Origin: an uncultured Clostridia bacterium
Lineage (GTDB): Bacteria > Bacillota > Clostridia > Christensenellales > UBA1750
Length of the DNA stretch: 64,000 bases
Direction: 5' to 3'
Assembly (NCBI GenBank): GCA_947625765.1
Contig: CANQPP010000008.1
Location: 2,222 to 66,221 of the forward strand
Shown here: piece by piece, positions 18,332 through 28,166 of the stretch
Numbering within the stretch: the stretch's first letter is position 1
How the letters are laid out: each line of letters starts with the position of its first letter
Made by a program: the position numbers and the translations under genes
The notes under the pieces: generated by a model
Database searches by the model: none
Seen by the model: the letters and a program-made list of their open reading frames with translations, nothing else
Told to the model about the DNA's origin: nothing

Positions 18332-19126
18332 TTACAGCACGCGGACCTCGCCGTCCACCTCCACCCACAGCGGGGTGTTGCAGGGGTTGACGAGCTTGCC
18401 GCCCTGCACCTTCAGCTCGCGCATGGCAAGCAGGTAGCGGCAGATCTGCTGGTTGGTGGCGTACCAGACGTCCTCCTTGCCGGAGACCAAAGTGAGCAGG
18501 TCCTCCATGTTGTCCCAGTTGTCCTCCACGTCGAACTCGTAGCTGTGGCCCCAGACGTAGAACAGCGCCAGCTCCTGGTCGGTGGAGAGGAACTCCTGGG
18601 CCAGGGGCAGCAGGCCCGCGTAGTTGTGGTGGCAGCTGGGGTCCCAGGTGAGGAAGTCGTCCGGGACGGCAAAGTCGTGGGTCTCCTTGACGGTGCGGGC
18701 GTAGAGTATGCCCTCCTTCTCCAGGATGGGCGGGATGCGGCTGTCGAAGGTGCCGAAGGGATAGGCCATGCCCTCCACCGCGCTGCCGAAGCGGTCCTCC
18801 AGCGTCAGGCGGTCCTGGCGCACCTCGCTGATGATCTCCGCGGGGGTCAGGGACTCCAGATGGGGATGGTTCACGGTGTGCACGGCCACCTCGTGCCCGG
18901 CGTAGAGGGAGACGATCTCCTCTGCGGGCAGGTGGCGGATCTCCAGCCCGCAGGGATGGGTCCAGCCGTTGGCGTAGGACTGGCGGCCGCTGTTGAGGTT
19001 GAAGGTGGCCTTGACCTTGTATTGGTTAAACATGGCGACGAGCCTACGATCCTGGCAGACGCCGTCGTCGTAGCTCAGGGTGAACGCCTTGCGCTTCGCG
19101 CCGGGGTAAAGGCATTGAATATCCAT
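18332..19126 (-). CDS. polysaccharide deacetylase (NodB / CE4 family)
   Basis: FTLSYDDG...HTVNHPHL motifs of the CE4 metal site. Confidence 0.75.
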   Translation of the reverse strand: MDIQCLYPGAKRKAFTLSYDDGVCQDRRLVAMFNQYKVKATFNLNSGRQSYANGWTHPCGLEIRHLPAEEIVSLYAGHEVAVHTVNHPHLESLTPAEIISEVRQDRLTLEDRFGSAVEGMAYPFGTFDSRIPPILEKEGILYARTVKETHDFAVPDDFLTWDPSCHHNYAGLLPLAQEFLSTDQELALFYVWGHSYEFDVEDNWDNMEDLLTLVSGKEDVWYATNQQICRYLLAMRELKVQGGKLVNPCNTPLWVEVDGEVRVL

Positions 19127-19181
19127 CCTAGATCCTCATCCTTTCGCCTTAAAATTTCTTATGTGGGAAGCCAAAGTCTTT

Positions 19182-19745
19182 TCAGCTTCCGTAGAACCAG
19201 CGCATCTCGTCAAAGGGGAACACGGCCCCCATCACGAAGCCCATGAGATCGTCTCGTTTGATCGGGCCCACCATCCGGCTGTCCATGGAAACGGCGCGGT
19301 TATCACCCATGACGAAGAGCTCGTCCTCTGCTAAGGTAAAGGGAGCCACCGTTTCTTCAGAGGGATGCACCACATAGGGTTCCTCCAGCGGCTCGCCGTT
19401 TATGGAGACCTTTCCTTCCTCGATGGAGATCGTGTCCCCCGGCAGGCCGATGACGCGCTTTACGAAGAGCTTGCTGCCCTCGTTCGGGAAATAACAGGTC
19501 ACGATGTCGCCGCGGTCCGGCTCCACCAGGCGGTAATGCAGGCGGGAGACCGCCATCCATTGGCCGTCGTGCAGCGTCTCCAGCATGGAGGTCTCCTGGA
19601 CGGTGACGAATGTGAAGATGTATTCATGCAGGAGCAGCACGGCCGCCACCGGCACGATCACGGCCAGCGCCCATTCCAGTATCTCGCGTCCCACGCTCTT
19701 TTTTCCCTGATTCCCCTTTTCCCGGGGCTTCTCGTTTGGTTCCAT
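19182..19745 (-). CDS. lepB: signal peptidase I
   Basis: N-terminal TM segment, SM(L)ETL catalytic Ser box, KRVIGLPGD Lys box and GDNRAVSMDSR box. Confidence 0.85.
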   Translation of the reverse strand: MEPNEKPREKGNQGKKSVGREILEWALAVIVPVAAVLLLHEYIFTFVTVQETSMLETLHDGQWMAVSRLHYRLVEPDRGDIVTCYFPNEGSKLFVKRVIGLPGDTISIEEGKVSINGEPLEEPYVVHPSEETVAPFTLAEDELFVMGDNRAVSMDSRMVGPIKRDDLMGFVMGAVFPFDEMRWFYGS

Positions 19746-19794
19746 GTGCCGTCGCTTCCCTTAAAGTTTCCAGCCGGTATCCCTTTTTCCCCGG

Positions 19795-20403
19795 CTAATC
19801 CCCGGCCGCCTGCTGGGCGGCGCCGTTGACCATGTGCATCTGGTCCAGGGGATAGAGCACCGCGAACACCTTTCCCTCCAGCAGCGATAGGGGCAGCGGC
19901 CCTTCCGCGCGGGAATCGTGGGAATTGGCGCGGTTGTCGCCCATGACGAACACCTCGTCCTTACCAACGACGATGGGGCCGAAATCGTTCCAGGCGGGGT
20001 AGGCGATGTATTCCTCCGGCAGCAGCTCGCCGTTCAGGTAGGTGCGCCCGCCGCGGATCTCCAGCGTGTCGCCCTCCACGGCCACCACGCGCTTGACGAA
20101 GTTGCGCTCGTCCTGCGGGTAGTGACAGATCACGATGTCGCCGCGCTGCGGCCCGCTCAGGCGGTAGCTCAGCTTATCCACGGCCACGATCTGGTTGTCG
20201 TGCAGCGTCTCCTCCATGGACTGGCCGGAGACCAGGGTCAGCATGAACAGATAGTGGCGGATGAGGACGGCCAGGAGCACCACCAGGGCCAGCTCCGCCA
20301 GCAGGCGCAGGTTCTCCACGCGGCGCTTTTGCTTCATGCGCCGCCTGTCCTGCGCGCGGGAGCCCTCCCTTTCCTCCGTGGGTCCTTCCCTGCGCTCATC
20401 CAT
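19795..20403 (-). CDS. lepB: signal peptidase I (second paralog)
   Basis: SMEETL, KRVVAVEGD and GDNRANSHDSR boxes. Start is uncertain: ATG 20403 or ATG 20337; the track ORF runs to 20460. Confidence 0.8.
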   Translation of the reverse strand: MDERREGPTEEREGSRAQDRRRMKQKRRVENLRLLAELALVVLLAVLIRHYLFMLTLVSGQSMEETLHDNQIVAVDKLSYRLSGPQRGDIVICHYPQDERNFVKRVVAVEGDTLEIRGGRTYLNGELLPEEYIAYPAWNDFGPIVVGKDEVFVMGDNRANSHDSRAEGPLPLSLLEGKVFAVLYPLDQMHMVNGAAQQAAGD

Positions 20404-20605
20404 CGGCCGAACCTTCTTCTTCCGGGCCGCGCTCCAGGATCTTGCGGACGCGCTTTTCAAACTCCGGCCTCTCCAGCATGACCACGCGGCCGCAGCCCTG
20501 GCAGCGGATCTTGATGTCCGCGCCCACGCGGGTCACGGTCCAGCGGTCGCAGCCGCAGGGGTGCTTTTTCTTCATCTGCACCAGATCGCCCAGCCGAAGC
20601 AGCAC
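20396..20605 (-). CDS. DUF951 family small protein
   Basis: 69 aa, GDLVQMKKKHPCGCDRWTVTRVGADIKIRCQGCGRVVML. GTG start lies 7 nt after AAAGGGGG. Confidence 0.7.
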   Translation of the reverse strand: MLLRLGDLVQMKKKHPCGCDRWTVTRVGADIKIRCQGCGRVVMLERPEFEKRVRKILERGPEEEGSADG

Positions 20606-20849
20606 GTGCGCGCCCCCTTTCCCCGATGCGCGTGAAACGGAATAGCATCTAACATTATATCATGACCCGCCAGTTATCTCAACCGCTAAAGGACAGAAAA
20701 GCGGGGCGGGACGGGAAGATTTTTTCCCGGTAAAGTTTTATGGAAAAAGTCCCTCTCTTTGGGAACGAACGGGATCAGGGCAAAAACGAAAGCCTTTTCT
20801 TTCGGCGGCCGCCGCCCACTCTTTCCTTCCGTTAAATTTTATGGTTCAT

Positions 20850-20888
20850 AAAAAACCCGCTCCCCCGGTCCTGTTCCGGGAGAGCGGG
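20850..20888 (-). terminator. intrinsic terminator of metNIQ
   Basis: Minus strand reads CCCGCTCTCCCGG-aacagga-CCGGGGGAGCGGG followed by TTTTTT. Confidence 0.75.
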
Positions 20889-20927
20889 CGGACGCCTTCC
20901 TTATTATAAGGCCCTGCGTTTGGCCGA

Positions 20928-21743
20928 TCAGAACACCGGCACCACGCTGGAGTGGAAGGTGGTCTCGATGTAGTCGCGCACCTCGTCGGAGGTCAGGGCC
21001 TTGACCAGCGCCTGGATGTCCTCGCGGTCCTCGTCGCCGCTGCGGACCACCAGCACGTTGGCGTAGGTCTGCGCGCCGTCGGACTCGGGGCTCTCGGTCA
21101 CCAGCTGCTTATCCAGTATGCCGGCATCCAGTGCGTAGTTGCCGTTGCAGACGGCGAACTCCACGTCAGGCAGCGTGCGGGGCACCTGCGCGGCCTCGAT
21201 CTCCACGATCTCCACGTTGTGGGGGTTTTCCTCGATGTCCAGGGCCGTGGCCTCCAGGCCGGCGCCCTCCTTCAGGGTGAGGATGCCCACAGACTCAAGC
21301 AGCTGCAGGGCGCGGGCCTCGTTGGTGGTGTCGTTGGGCACGGCGATCTGCGCGCCGTCGGGGATGGCGGCAATGTCGGAGCACTTGCCAGCGTAGATGG
21401 CCAGGGGCTCAAAGTGCACAGCCACCACGGGCACCAGGTCCGTGCCGTTCTGGGCATTGAAGTCGTTCAGATAAGGCGTGTGCTGGAAGTAGTTGGCGTC
21501 CAGCTCGCCCTCGTCCAGGGCGGTGTTGGGCAGCACGTAGTCGGTGAACTCCTTGACCTCCAGGGTGATGCCTTGCTCCGCCAAAAGGTCCTTGACCACG
21601 TCGTTTAGGATCTGGGCGTGGGGAGCGGGGGACGCGCCCACCACCAACGTGCCGCCCTGGGCGGCGCCTGCGGGCGCGGACTGGCAGGCGGTGAAGCACA
21701 GCGCCAGCAGCAGGGACAGGATGAGTGCGGTCAGCTTTTTCAT
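20928..21743 (-). CDS. metQ: methionine ABC transporter substrate-binding lipoprotein (NlpA/MetQ family)
   Basis: Lipobox LLLALCFTAC-Q with MetQ-like sequence throughout. Confidence 0.85.
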   Translation of the reverse strand: MKKLTALILSLLLALCFTACQSAPAGAAQGGTLVVGASPAPHAQILNDVVKDLLAEQGITLEVKEFTDYVLPNTALDEGELDANYFQHTPYLNDFNAQNGTDLVPVVAVHFEPLAIYAGKCSDIAAIPDGAQIAVPNDTTNEARALQLLESVGILTLKEGAGLEATALDIEENPHNVEIVEIEAAQVPRTLPDVEFAVCNGNYALDAGILDKQLVTESPESDGAQTYANVLVVRSGDEDREDIQALVKALTSDEVRDYIETTFHSSVVPVF

Positions 21744-21789
21744 GGGAAATACCTCCTTGCGTTTTTTGGGGATGGGGTTTTGATCTATC

Positions 21790-22450
21790 TCAACGGTTGC
21801 GCTTGTCGATCCAACGGGCGCAAAGGTTGAAGACGCTTTGGATGATCTGCACGATCAGGATCATCAGGATCACGGTGATGAACATCATGTCCATCTGGTA
21901 GCGGTGGTAGCCATAGCGGATGGCCACGTCCCCCAGCCCGCCCGCGCCTACCGCACCGGCCATGGCCGAGTAGCCCACCAGCGTGATCACCGTGATGGAC
22001 GCCCCGCGCACCAGGGAGGGCACGGACTCCGGCAGCAGGACCTTACAAATGATCTGCCAGTCGGTTGCGCCCATGGAGCGGGCAGCCTCCATCACACCGC
22101 GGTCGATCTCGTTGAGGGAGCTTTCCACCAGGCGGGCGATGAAGGGCGCGGCAGCCACGGTCAGGGAGACCACGGCGGCCTTGGGGCCGATCATGGTGCC
22201 AACCAATGCGCGGGAGACGGGGATCAGGGCCAGCATCAGGATGACGAAGGGGATGGAGCGGCCGATGTTGACCAGCCAGCCCACCACCGACTGCACGGCC
22301 CGGTTGGGCCGCAGCCCGCCCGGCGCGGTCACGGTGAGCCAGACGCCCAGCGGCAAGCCGATCAAATAGGCCATGACCGCGGAGCCGAAGGTCATGAACA
22401 GCGTGCCCGCCGTGCTTTCCAGCAGCATCTGCCGGCTTTCGATCAGCGTT

Positions 22451-22458
<8 letters not shown>
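21790..22458 (-). CDS. metI: methionine ABC transporter permease
   Basis: 222 aa, five-TM MetI-like protein with an EAA loop (EAARSMGAT). Confidence 0.85.
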
Positions 22459-23203
<745 letters not shown>

Positions 23204-23239
23204 TTTCCTCTCCCCCGATCCTGCTCTTTGGATAAAAAG

Positions 23240-23547
23240 CCAAATAAAAAAGCCTCCGCCCCACATGTTCTGTGAGGACGAAGACCTGCGCGGCCCACGT
23301 TGTACCACCTCAGCGTTTCGCGCGCTCCCTCGCGGAAACGCGCCTCATCGGGTACGCCCCGCGTAAAATACGGCTGATACCCTATCGCTGTAACGGGCGA
23401 CCCCGTCGCGGCCTGAAGCTCGTCCCTGCTGGACGGCCCTCGACCGCGCGGCTCCGAAACCATGTTCGCGCGCCCCATCCGCTCCCGCTTGCACCAAAAC
23501 GCGGGCTCTCTGCGCCGGACCTGACGCCTACTCTTTTCATCCAAGCC
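23240..23547 (-). promoter_or_regulatory. T-box leader (probable Met specifier AUG) with terminator
   Basis: Elements on the minus-strand RNA, in order:
- GAUGA K-turn followed by AGUA
- AGAGAG bulge
- distal loop CCCGC-guuuuGGUGCAA-GCGGG
- specifier loop GAACAUGG
- 11-bp Stem III
- T-box motif GAGGUGGUACAACGUGG (plus-strand coordinates 23293-23314)
- 14-bp terminator stem (23252-23285) followed by UUUUUUAUUU. Confidence 0.65.
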
Positions 23548-23586
23548 TTCTTGTGCGGAAGAAAATCCTCCGCTTGACTGCCTCCC

Positions 23587-23616
23587 ATTATAGCCGCCCG
23601 CCCCGCCGCTTGTCAA
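23587..23616 (-). promoter_or_regulatory. consensus sigma-A promoter of the metNIQ leader
   Basis: Minus strand reads TTGACA (23616-23611), 18 nt spacer, TATAAT (23592-23587). Confidence 0.65.
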
Positions 23617-23827
23617 GCGAAAATTCTTCTTCTCTCGACAGGTCTCGCTCTAAAGGGGTCTTCTGGGCTTCCGGCAGCGGAAAGCCCGTTCCCGCCGCCC
23701 ACCGCTCCCCCGCTTGTCGGGCGAAAATTCTTCTGCCCTTTAGCAAAAGGCGCTTCAAAGGGGTTTTCAAGAGATAACGGCGGATAACGCTTCTGGATCT
23801 GCCGCTCGTCAAGCGAAACTTCTTCCC
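23606..23827. repeat. three degenerate direct repeats at ~100-nt period
   Basis: The three copies are CCGCTTGTCAAGCGAAAATTCTTCTTC (23606-23632), CCGCTTGTCGGGCGAAAATTCTTCTGC (23710-23736) and CCGCTCGTCAAGCGAAACTTCTTCCC (23802-23827). Confidence 0.6.
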
Positions 23828-23899
23828 ATGGACAAAGGGCGGGAAACGCTTCTTTTCCCGCCTTTTGCCAAAATCCGCAAGAGCTGAAAGTCCTATCCC

Positions 23900-24553
23900 T
23901 TATTTCTTCCCGCCGCGCTTTTTGTAGTCCTCGTCGATGCGCTTTTTCCAGCCCGCGCCCAGGGGCACGTTCCCGCGCACGGCGCTGATGGCCGAGCCCA
24001 CGACCTCATAGTTGAGCCGCGTGCCCACGGAGTCCGAGCGGTAGTTGACGGCGCGGTCTGCCCCGATGCCGAAGGCGCGGGCGGTCTTGACCGCGTCGAT
24101 GTTCGCCCCCAGGAACAGGAACTCCCAGCCGTACTTCTCCTTCTGCCGCGCGATCATCCCATGCACCTGCTCGCTTGAATAGCGGTGGCTGGCGTTCTCC
24201 ATGCCGTCGGTGGTGATGACGAACAGCGTGTGCTCCGGCACGTCCTCCTCGCGGGCGTACTTGTGCACGTTGCCGATGTGGTGGATCGCCCCGCCGATGG
24301 CGTCGATGAGCGCGGTGCCGCCGCCCACGAAGTATTCCTCGCCCGTCAGGGGCCGGATCTCCTTCACGTCCACCCGGTCGTGGATAACTTTGCTCTCGTT
24401 GTCGAAGAGCACGGTGGAAACAAGCGCCTCGCTCTCCGCCTTCCTCTGCTTTTCGATCATGGCGTTGAAGCCGCCGATGGTGTCCTTTTCCAAGCCCTCC
24501 ATGGAACCGCTGCGGTCCAGGATAAAGACCAGCTCCGTAAGACCCTTTTTCAT
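23900..24553 (-). CDS. von Willebrand factor A (vWA) domain protein
   Basis: 217 aa with the MIDAS motif in LVFILDRSGSM, plus TDG. No signal peptide. Confidence 0.8.
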   Translation of the reverse strand: MKKGLTELVFILDRSGSMEGLEKDTIGGFNAMIEKQRKAESEALVSTVLFDNESKVIHDRVDVKEIRPLTGEEYFVGGGTALIDAIGGAIHHIGNVHKYAREEDVPEHTLFVITTDGMENASHRYSSEQVHGMIARQKEKYGWEFLFLGANIDAVKTARAFGIGADRAVNYRSDSVGTRLNYEVVGSAISAVRGNVPLGAGWKKRIDEDYKKRGGKK

Positions 24554-24710
24554 TTCTTTCTACCTCCGCTAAAAAAGAATGGCCGCACGGCCGCGCTTAC
24601 TTTGCGCTTTCCCGACCGTGCAGCCACAGTATAGCGGAAATATGTTCCTCGTTGGTCGCCTGGCAGGCGACAAATGCGGAAACGCTTAAAAACCTAAATG
24701 GAGCGGGGCG

Positions 24711-25622
24711 TCACTTCAGCTCGTAGAGCACGCCATCGATGGACACGGCTGTCACGGCGAACTCCCCGTTTTCCTCGTGGTACCAGACCTTGGAAAAGAC
24801 CCAGTCCTTGGTGCCGAAGCCGTTCTGCGCATGGGCCTCACACTGCACGGCGTACTCGTCGTCCTCCCGTCCGACCGCCCAGGCGTCGTAGTAGGGCGGG
24901 AACTTAAAGTAGCTGTCCAAGACCGTCTCACATCTTTCCTGAAGCGCAAACCAGGTCTGCGGGTCCACCTTCGTTTCCGGCACATGGACGTCCGCGTAGG
25001 TCTTTAGGAAGCCGCCGTTTTCGGCGTCGTAGAGGTCCTCATCCCGGAAACCGACGTAGAAGACGACGCCGTCCTCGGTCGTAAAGTACAGGCGGCGGTT
25101 TTCCTCCGTGTAGCCGTTCGGATAGGCGACCACGCTGTAAAGCCCGTGCTCCGGGTCCTGCCCGGAGCCGTCGGCCCCGTCCACTGCCAGCGTTTCGATG
25201 CCGACCGTCCGCAGGATCGTCTCGATCTGCGCGGCGTGGTCGTAGCTGTACCCGATCTCGGTAAGCGCGTTGGTGATCGAACCGTCGATCGAGAGGAGCC
25301 CGCTTTCGTCGGCGTCTAAAAGCGCTTCTCCCTCGATGTCGTTTGGCTCATCCTGCTCCGGCGCGCGCGTATCTGGCGGGGCGGAAGCGCGAAGCTCGGT
25401 GCTTGCTTCTTCCGCGTTCGCGGTCCCTGCGGCCTTTTCCGCGGGCTCTTTGGAGGGGGTGAGGAAGATGCAGACGACGAACCCGGCCGCCAGGCAGAGG
25501 AGCGCGATCCCCCACGCGGCCTTGTTTTTCTTTTTTCTTATGGTCTGGACGAGCCAGCCGACGAAGCAGACTGGGACGCCAACCATGCACAAAAAAGCAG
25601 TCACAGAAATGAGAACGATCAT
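24711..25622 (-). CDS. hypothetical membrane-anchored protein
   Basis: 303 aa with two N-terminal hydrophobic segments, an acidic linker and a C-terminal globular region. I recognise no family. RBS is AAAGGAGGAAA. Confidence 0.6.
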   Translation of the reverse strand: MIVLISVTAFLCMVGVPVCFVGWLVQTIRKKKNKAAWGIALLCLAAGFVVCIFLTPSKEPAEKAAGTANAEEASTELRASAPPDTRAPEQDEPNDIEGEALLDADESGLLSIDGSITNALTEIGYSYDHAAQIETILRTVGIETLAVDGADGSGQDPEHGLYSVVAYPNGYTEENRRLYFTTEDGVVFYVGFRDEDLYDAENGGFLKTYADVHVPETKVDPQTWFALQERCETVLDSYFKFPPYYDAWAVGREDDEYAVQCEAHAQNGFGTKDWVFSKVWYHEENGEFAVTAVSIDGVLYELK

Positions 25623-25689
25623 GAGATTTCCTCCTTTACAAAGGAATTTTCAAAAAAGCGGTCCATGGGCCGTAAAAATACGATTTGTC

Positions 25690-26802
25690 TTATGCGCCCA
25701 GTAGGCTCTGGTCGAAGGCGAACAGCGCCTCGTTGATCTCGAAGACGTTGTAGTTGCCGTGCTCGATGAAGTATTCGATGATGATGTCGAACTTGCTGCT
25801 GTGCGAGAGGGCGAAGCCCGCGGTCCTGAGCAGCGCCTGCGTTTCGTCCAGGGAAAGCTCCAGCGCGATGGCGAAGGCGAGGGCCGTCGGCTTGGACGGC
25901 TTGTAAAACGTGTCGCTGCGAATTTTGGAGAACAGCTTGCGGTCGATGTTGGCCTTCTTGTAGCACTGCACATCCGTCAGGCCGCGCTCATCGATCTTGC
26001 GCAGGAGCATCTGGGAGAAGCTCTCGTCCAGCTTCCGCAGGGCCTCGTCCAGCGAGACGCTCTTGGGCAGCTCGCCGTATTTTTCCTCCTGCTTATTTCT
26101 CTTCCGGCCGCGCCGCAGCCTCTCCGCGATCTTCTTGGGCAGCGTCTTGGGCGTTGCTGCCTCTTCCGGCAGGGAAGCCTCGGACAGGGAAGGCGCGCCG
26201 TAGACCTTTGGGGAGAAGAGCTCCTGCGCCTGCCCCTGCCTGCGGAGGCGGACGGAGAGCGGCTCCTCGTGCTCCTCGGCGTAGCGGTCGTCGATGTAGG
26301 CCTCGATGTCCGCAAACAGCGCCTTGCCGATGTTGTAGGCGGCCTTGTCGAAGATCACCACATAGACCGTCATCTCGTTTTCGGAAAGGAAGTCCCCGAT
26401 GGCCCTGACCGCCACGGACAGCGCCTCGTCCTTCGGATAGCCATAGGCGCCGGCGGAGATGAGCGGGAAGGCCACGGTCTCGCAGCCGGACTTTCTCGCA
26501 AGCTCCAGGGAATTGCGGTAACAGGCGGCCAGCTGCTCCCGCTCGCCGCGCTTTCCGTCCTGCCAGATCGGGCCGACGGTGTGGATGACGTATTTGCAGG
26601 GCAGCTCGTACCCGCCGGTGAGCTTGGCCTCCCCAGTCTCGCAGCCGCCCAGCGTCCGGCACTCGGCCAGCAGTCCCGGACCCGCGGCCCTGTGGATCGC
26701 GCCGTCCACGCCCCCGCCGCCCAAAAGGGTGCTGTTCGCGGCGTTGACGATGGCATCGACCCGCATCTTCGTGATGTCGTTTCGGACGATCTGCATGGGC
26801 AT
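25690..26802 (-). CDS. macro-domain (ADP-ribose binding/hydrolase) protein with C-terminal HTH-like domain
   Basis: N-terminus [33 protein letters not shown] is a canonical macro domain. The C-terminus ([23 protein letters not shown]...[19 protein letters not shown]) resembles an XRE-type HTH. Confidence 0.85.
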   Translation of the reverse strand: MPMQIVRNDITKMRVDAIVNAANSTLLGGGGVDGAIHRAAGPGLLAECRTLGGCETGEAKLTGGYELPCKYVIHTVGPIWQDGKRGEREQLAACYRNSLELARKSGCETVAFPLISAGAYGYPKDEALSVAVRAIGDFLSENEMTVYVVIFDKAAYNIGKALFADIEAYIDDRYAEEHEEPLSVRLRRQGQAQELFSPKVYGAPSLSEASLPEEAATPKTLPKKIAERLRRGRKRNKQEEKYGELPKSVSLDEALRKLDESFSQMLLRKIDERGLTDVQCYKKANIDRKLFSKIRSDTFYKPSKPTALAFAIALELSLDETQALLRTAGFALSHSSKFDIIIEYFIEHGNYNVFEINEALFAFDQSLLGA

Positions 26803-26914
26803 GGCGGCTCATTCCCCCTTCTGTCGCATTATATCCACCAACCAGCTGCTTACACGATACAACGCCGCTTTTCGTCTGTCAAGGACGGGTCTTTTTTCTC
26901 CAGAGAAAGCAAAG

Positions 26915-26945
26915 GGCCGCCGGTCCCGCTTAAGGACCGGCGGCC
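26915..26945 (-). terminator. hairpin after the HlyD-like gene
   Basis: Perfect 12-bp stem GGCCGCCGGTCC / GGACCGGCGGCC, followed on the minus strand by CTTTGCTTTCTCT. Confidence 0.6.
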
Positions 26946-26965
26946 ATGAATGCCCTTTTTTCTCT

Positions 26966-28138
26966 TTATCCCGTCGCCAGCACCCTTCCCTCGTCGTTCA
27001 GGGGCGCGTTCGTTTCTATGATCGCCGTTTCCATCGTCGCGGCGTCCGACAGGAGGACGTTTTCCTCGTCGTAGTCCAGCCAGACGGCCTCCCGCTCGGC
27101 GGCGTAGTCCTCCGTCCCGAAGAAGCCCTGCCTCTGCTGCAGGACGTAATACCGGGCCAGGCCGTCTTCACCGACGGAAACGGCGCTGCGGGGCAGCACA
27201 TAGCCGCTGCCGGAGCTGAACTCCAGCTCCAGCACCGCGCCCGCGCCGTAGAACAACGGGCCGCCCGGCGCGGCCGCCTGCAGGGACTGCTTCCCGCCCT
27301 CCGCGCAGAGCATCGGCGGTTCGATGGGAAAGCGCGCGGCCCCCAAACGCAGGTCGCAGCGGGCGACGCCCTCGGCCATTTGGTAGTAGGCCGCCTGCTC
27401 GGCCGTCAGCGGGAACGACAGGCGGACCTCCTCCTCGGAGACGATCTTCGCTGCGGGCTGCGTCAGCGAAAATTCCTCGCCCACCCGTCCCGCGAGCATG
27501 AGCACCGTGCCCGCCCGCGGAGCGCGGACGGAGGAAAGGGCGTCGTACAGGCCTTGCAGATGCAAAACGCTTTCCTCATAAGCTTTCAGCCGCCTGTGCT
27601 TTTCCCGCAGCCGATCCAATTTTCCCTGCGACCCGTCCCCCTCGCACAGCTTCTCCAGCGCCGCCTTCTTTGCCCTGCAGTTTTCACGCAGACGCTCATC
27701 CTCCGGGGCGGCAAGGCAGGCGTCCTCGGCCTGCGTCCAGGCTTCATACGCCAAATACAGTTCCTCGTCTTCCTCCTGCAAAAGGGCGTACCGCGCGTCC
27801 TCCAGGGAGCGGCGCGCCGAGGCCAGGTCGTTTGTCAGCTCCCTGCAGGGACTTAAGCGCATGAGCTCCTGCCCTTCCTCCACGCTCTCGCCCACGGAAA
27901 CGCAGAGCTGTTCGACGCGGGCCGAATACCGGCTGTCCGCTTCCAGCACGACCAAAGTCTCCTCGTCCGCCCGGACCGAGCCGCTGAGCGTAAAGCGCTT
28001 GACGATGGAGCCCTTTTGAAAGCTGCCCGTTTTCACCTGCGGCAGGCCCGCCAGCGCCCAGGAGCGGCCCAAAAACAGGCAGACCGCAGCGGATAGCAGA
28101 AAGACGGTCAGCAGGCACAGGCAGAGCGGTTTCTTCAT
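26966..28138 (-). CDS. HlyD / membrane-fusion-protein-like periplasmic adaptor
   Basis: N-terminal TM segment, split lipoyl-like motifs (VSVGESVEEGQELMRL ... VRAPRAGTVLML) separated by a coiled-coil-like Glu/Arg/Leu-rich segment. RBS is AGAAGGAGAAAG. Confidence 0.6.
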   Translation of the reverse strand: MKKPLCLCLLTVFLLSAAVCLFLGRSWALAGLPQVKTGSFQKGSIVKRFTLSGSVRADEETLVVLEADSRYSARVEQLCVSVGESVEEGQELMRLSPCRELTNDLASARRSLEDARYALLQEEDEELYLAYEAWTQAEDACLAAPEDERLRENCRAKKAALEKLCEGDGSQGKLDRLREKHRRLKAYEESVLHLQGLYDALSSVRAPRAGTVLMLAGRVGEEFSLTQPAAKIVSEEEVRLSFPLTAEQAAYYQMAEGVARCDLRLGAARFPIEPPMLCAEGGKQSLQAAAPGGPLFYGAGAVLELEFSSGSGYVLPRSAVSVGEDGLARYYVLQQRQGFFGTEDYAAEREAVWLDYDEENVLLSDAATMETAIIETNAPLNDEGRVLATG

Positions 28139-28166
28139 CTTCTTTCTCCTTCTAAGGTGGGAGCGT

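Noticed and set aside
23204-23600. Expected a SAM (S-box) riboswitch upstream of metN
   Set aside because: The S-box core (GAGGGA...GGCCC...GCAACC...AGATGAGA) is not present. T-box hallmarks are present instead.
23606-23827. Possible CRISPR array from the three direct repeats
   Set aside because: There are only three degenerate copies, about 100-nt apart. The intervening segments share similarity with each other, and no cas genes are present. This is a tandem degenerate duplication, not a CRISPR array.
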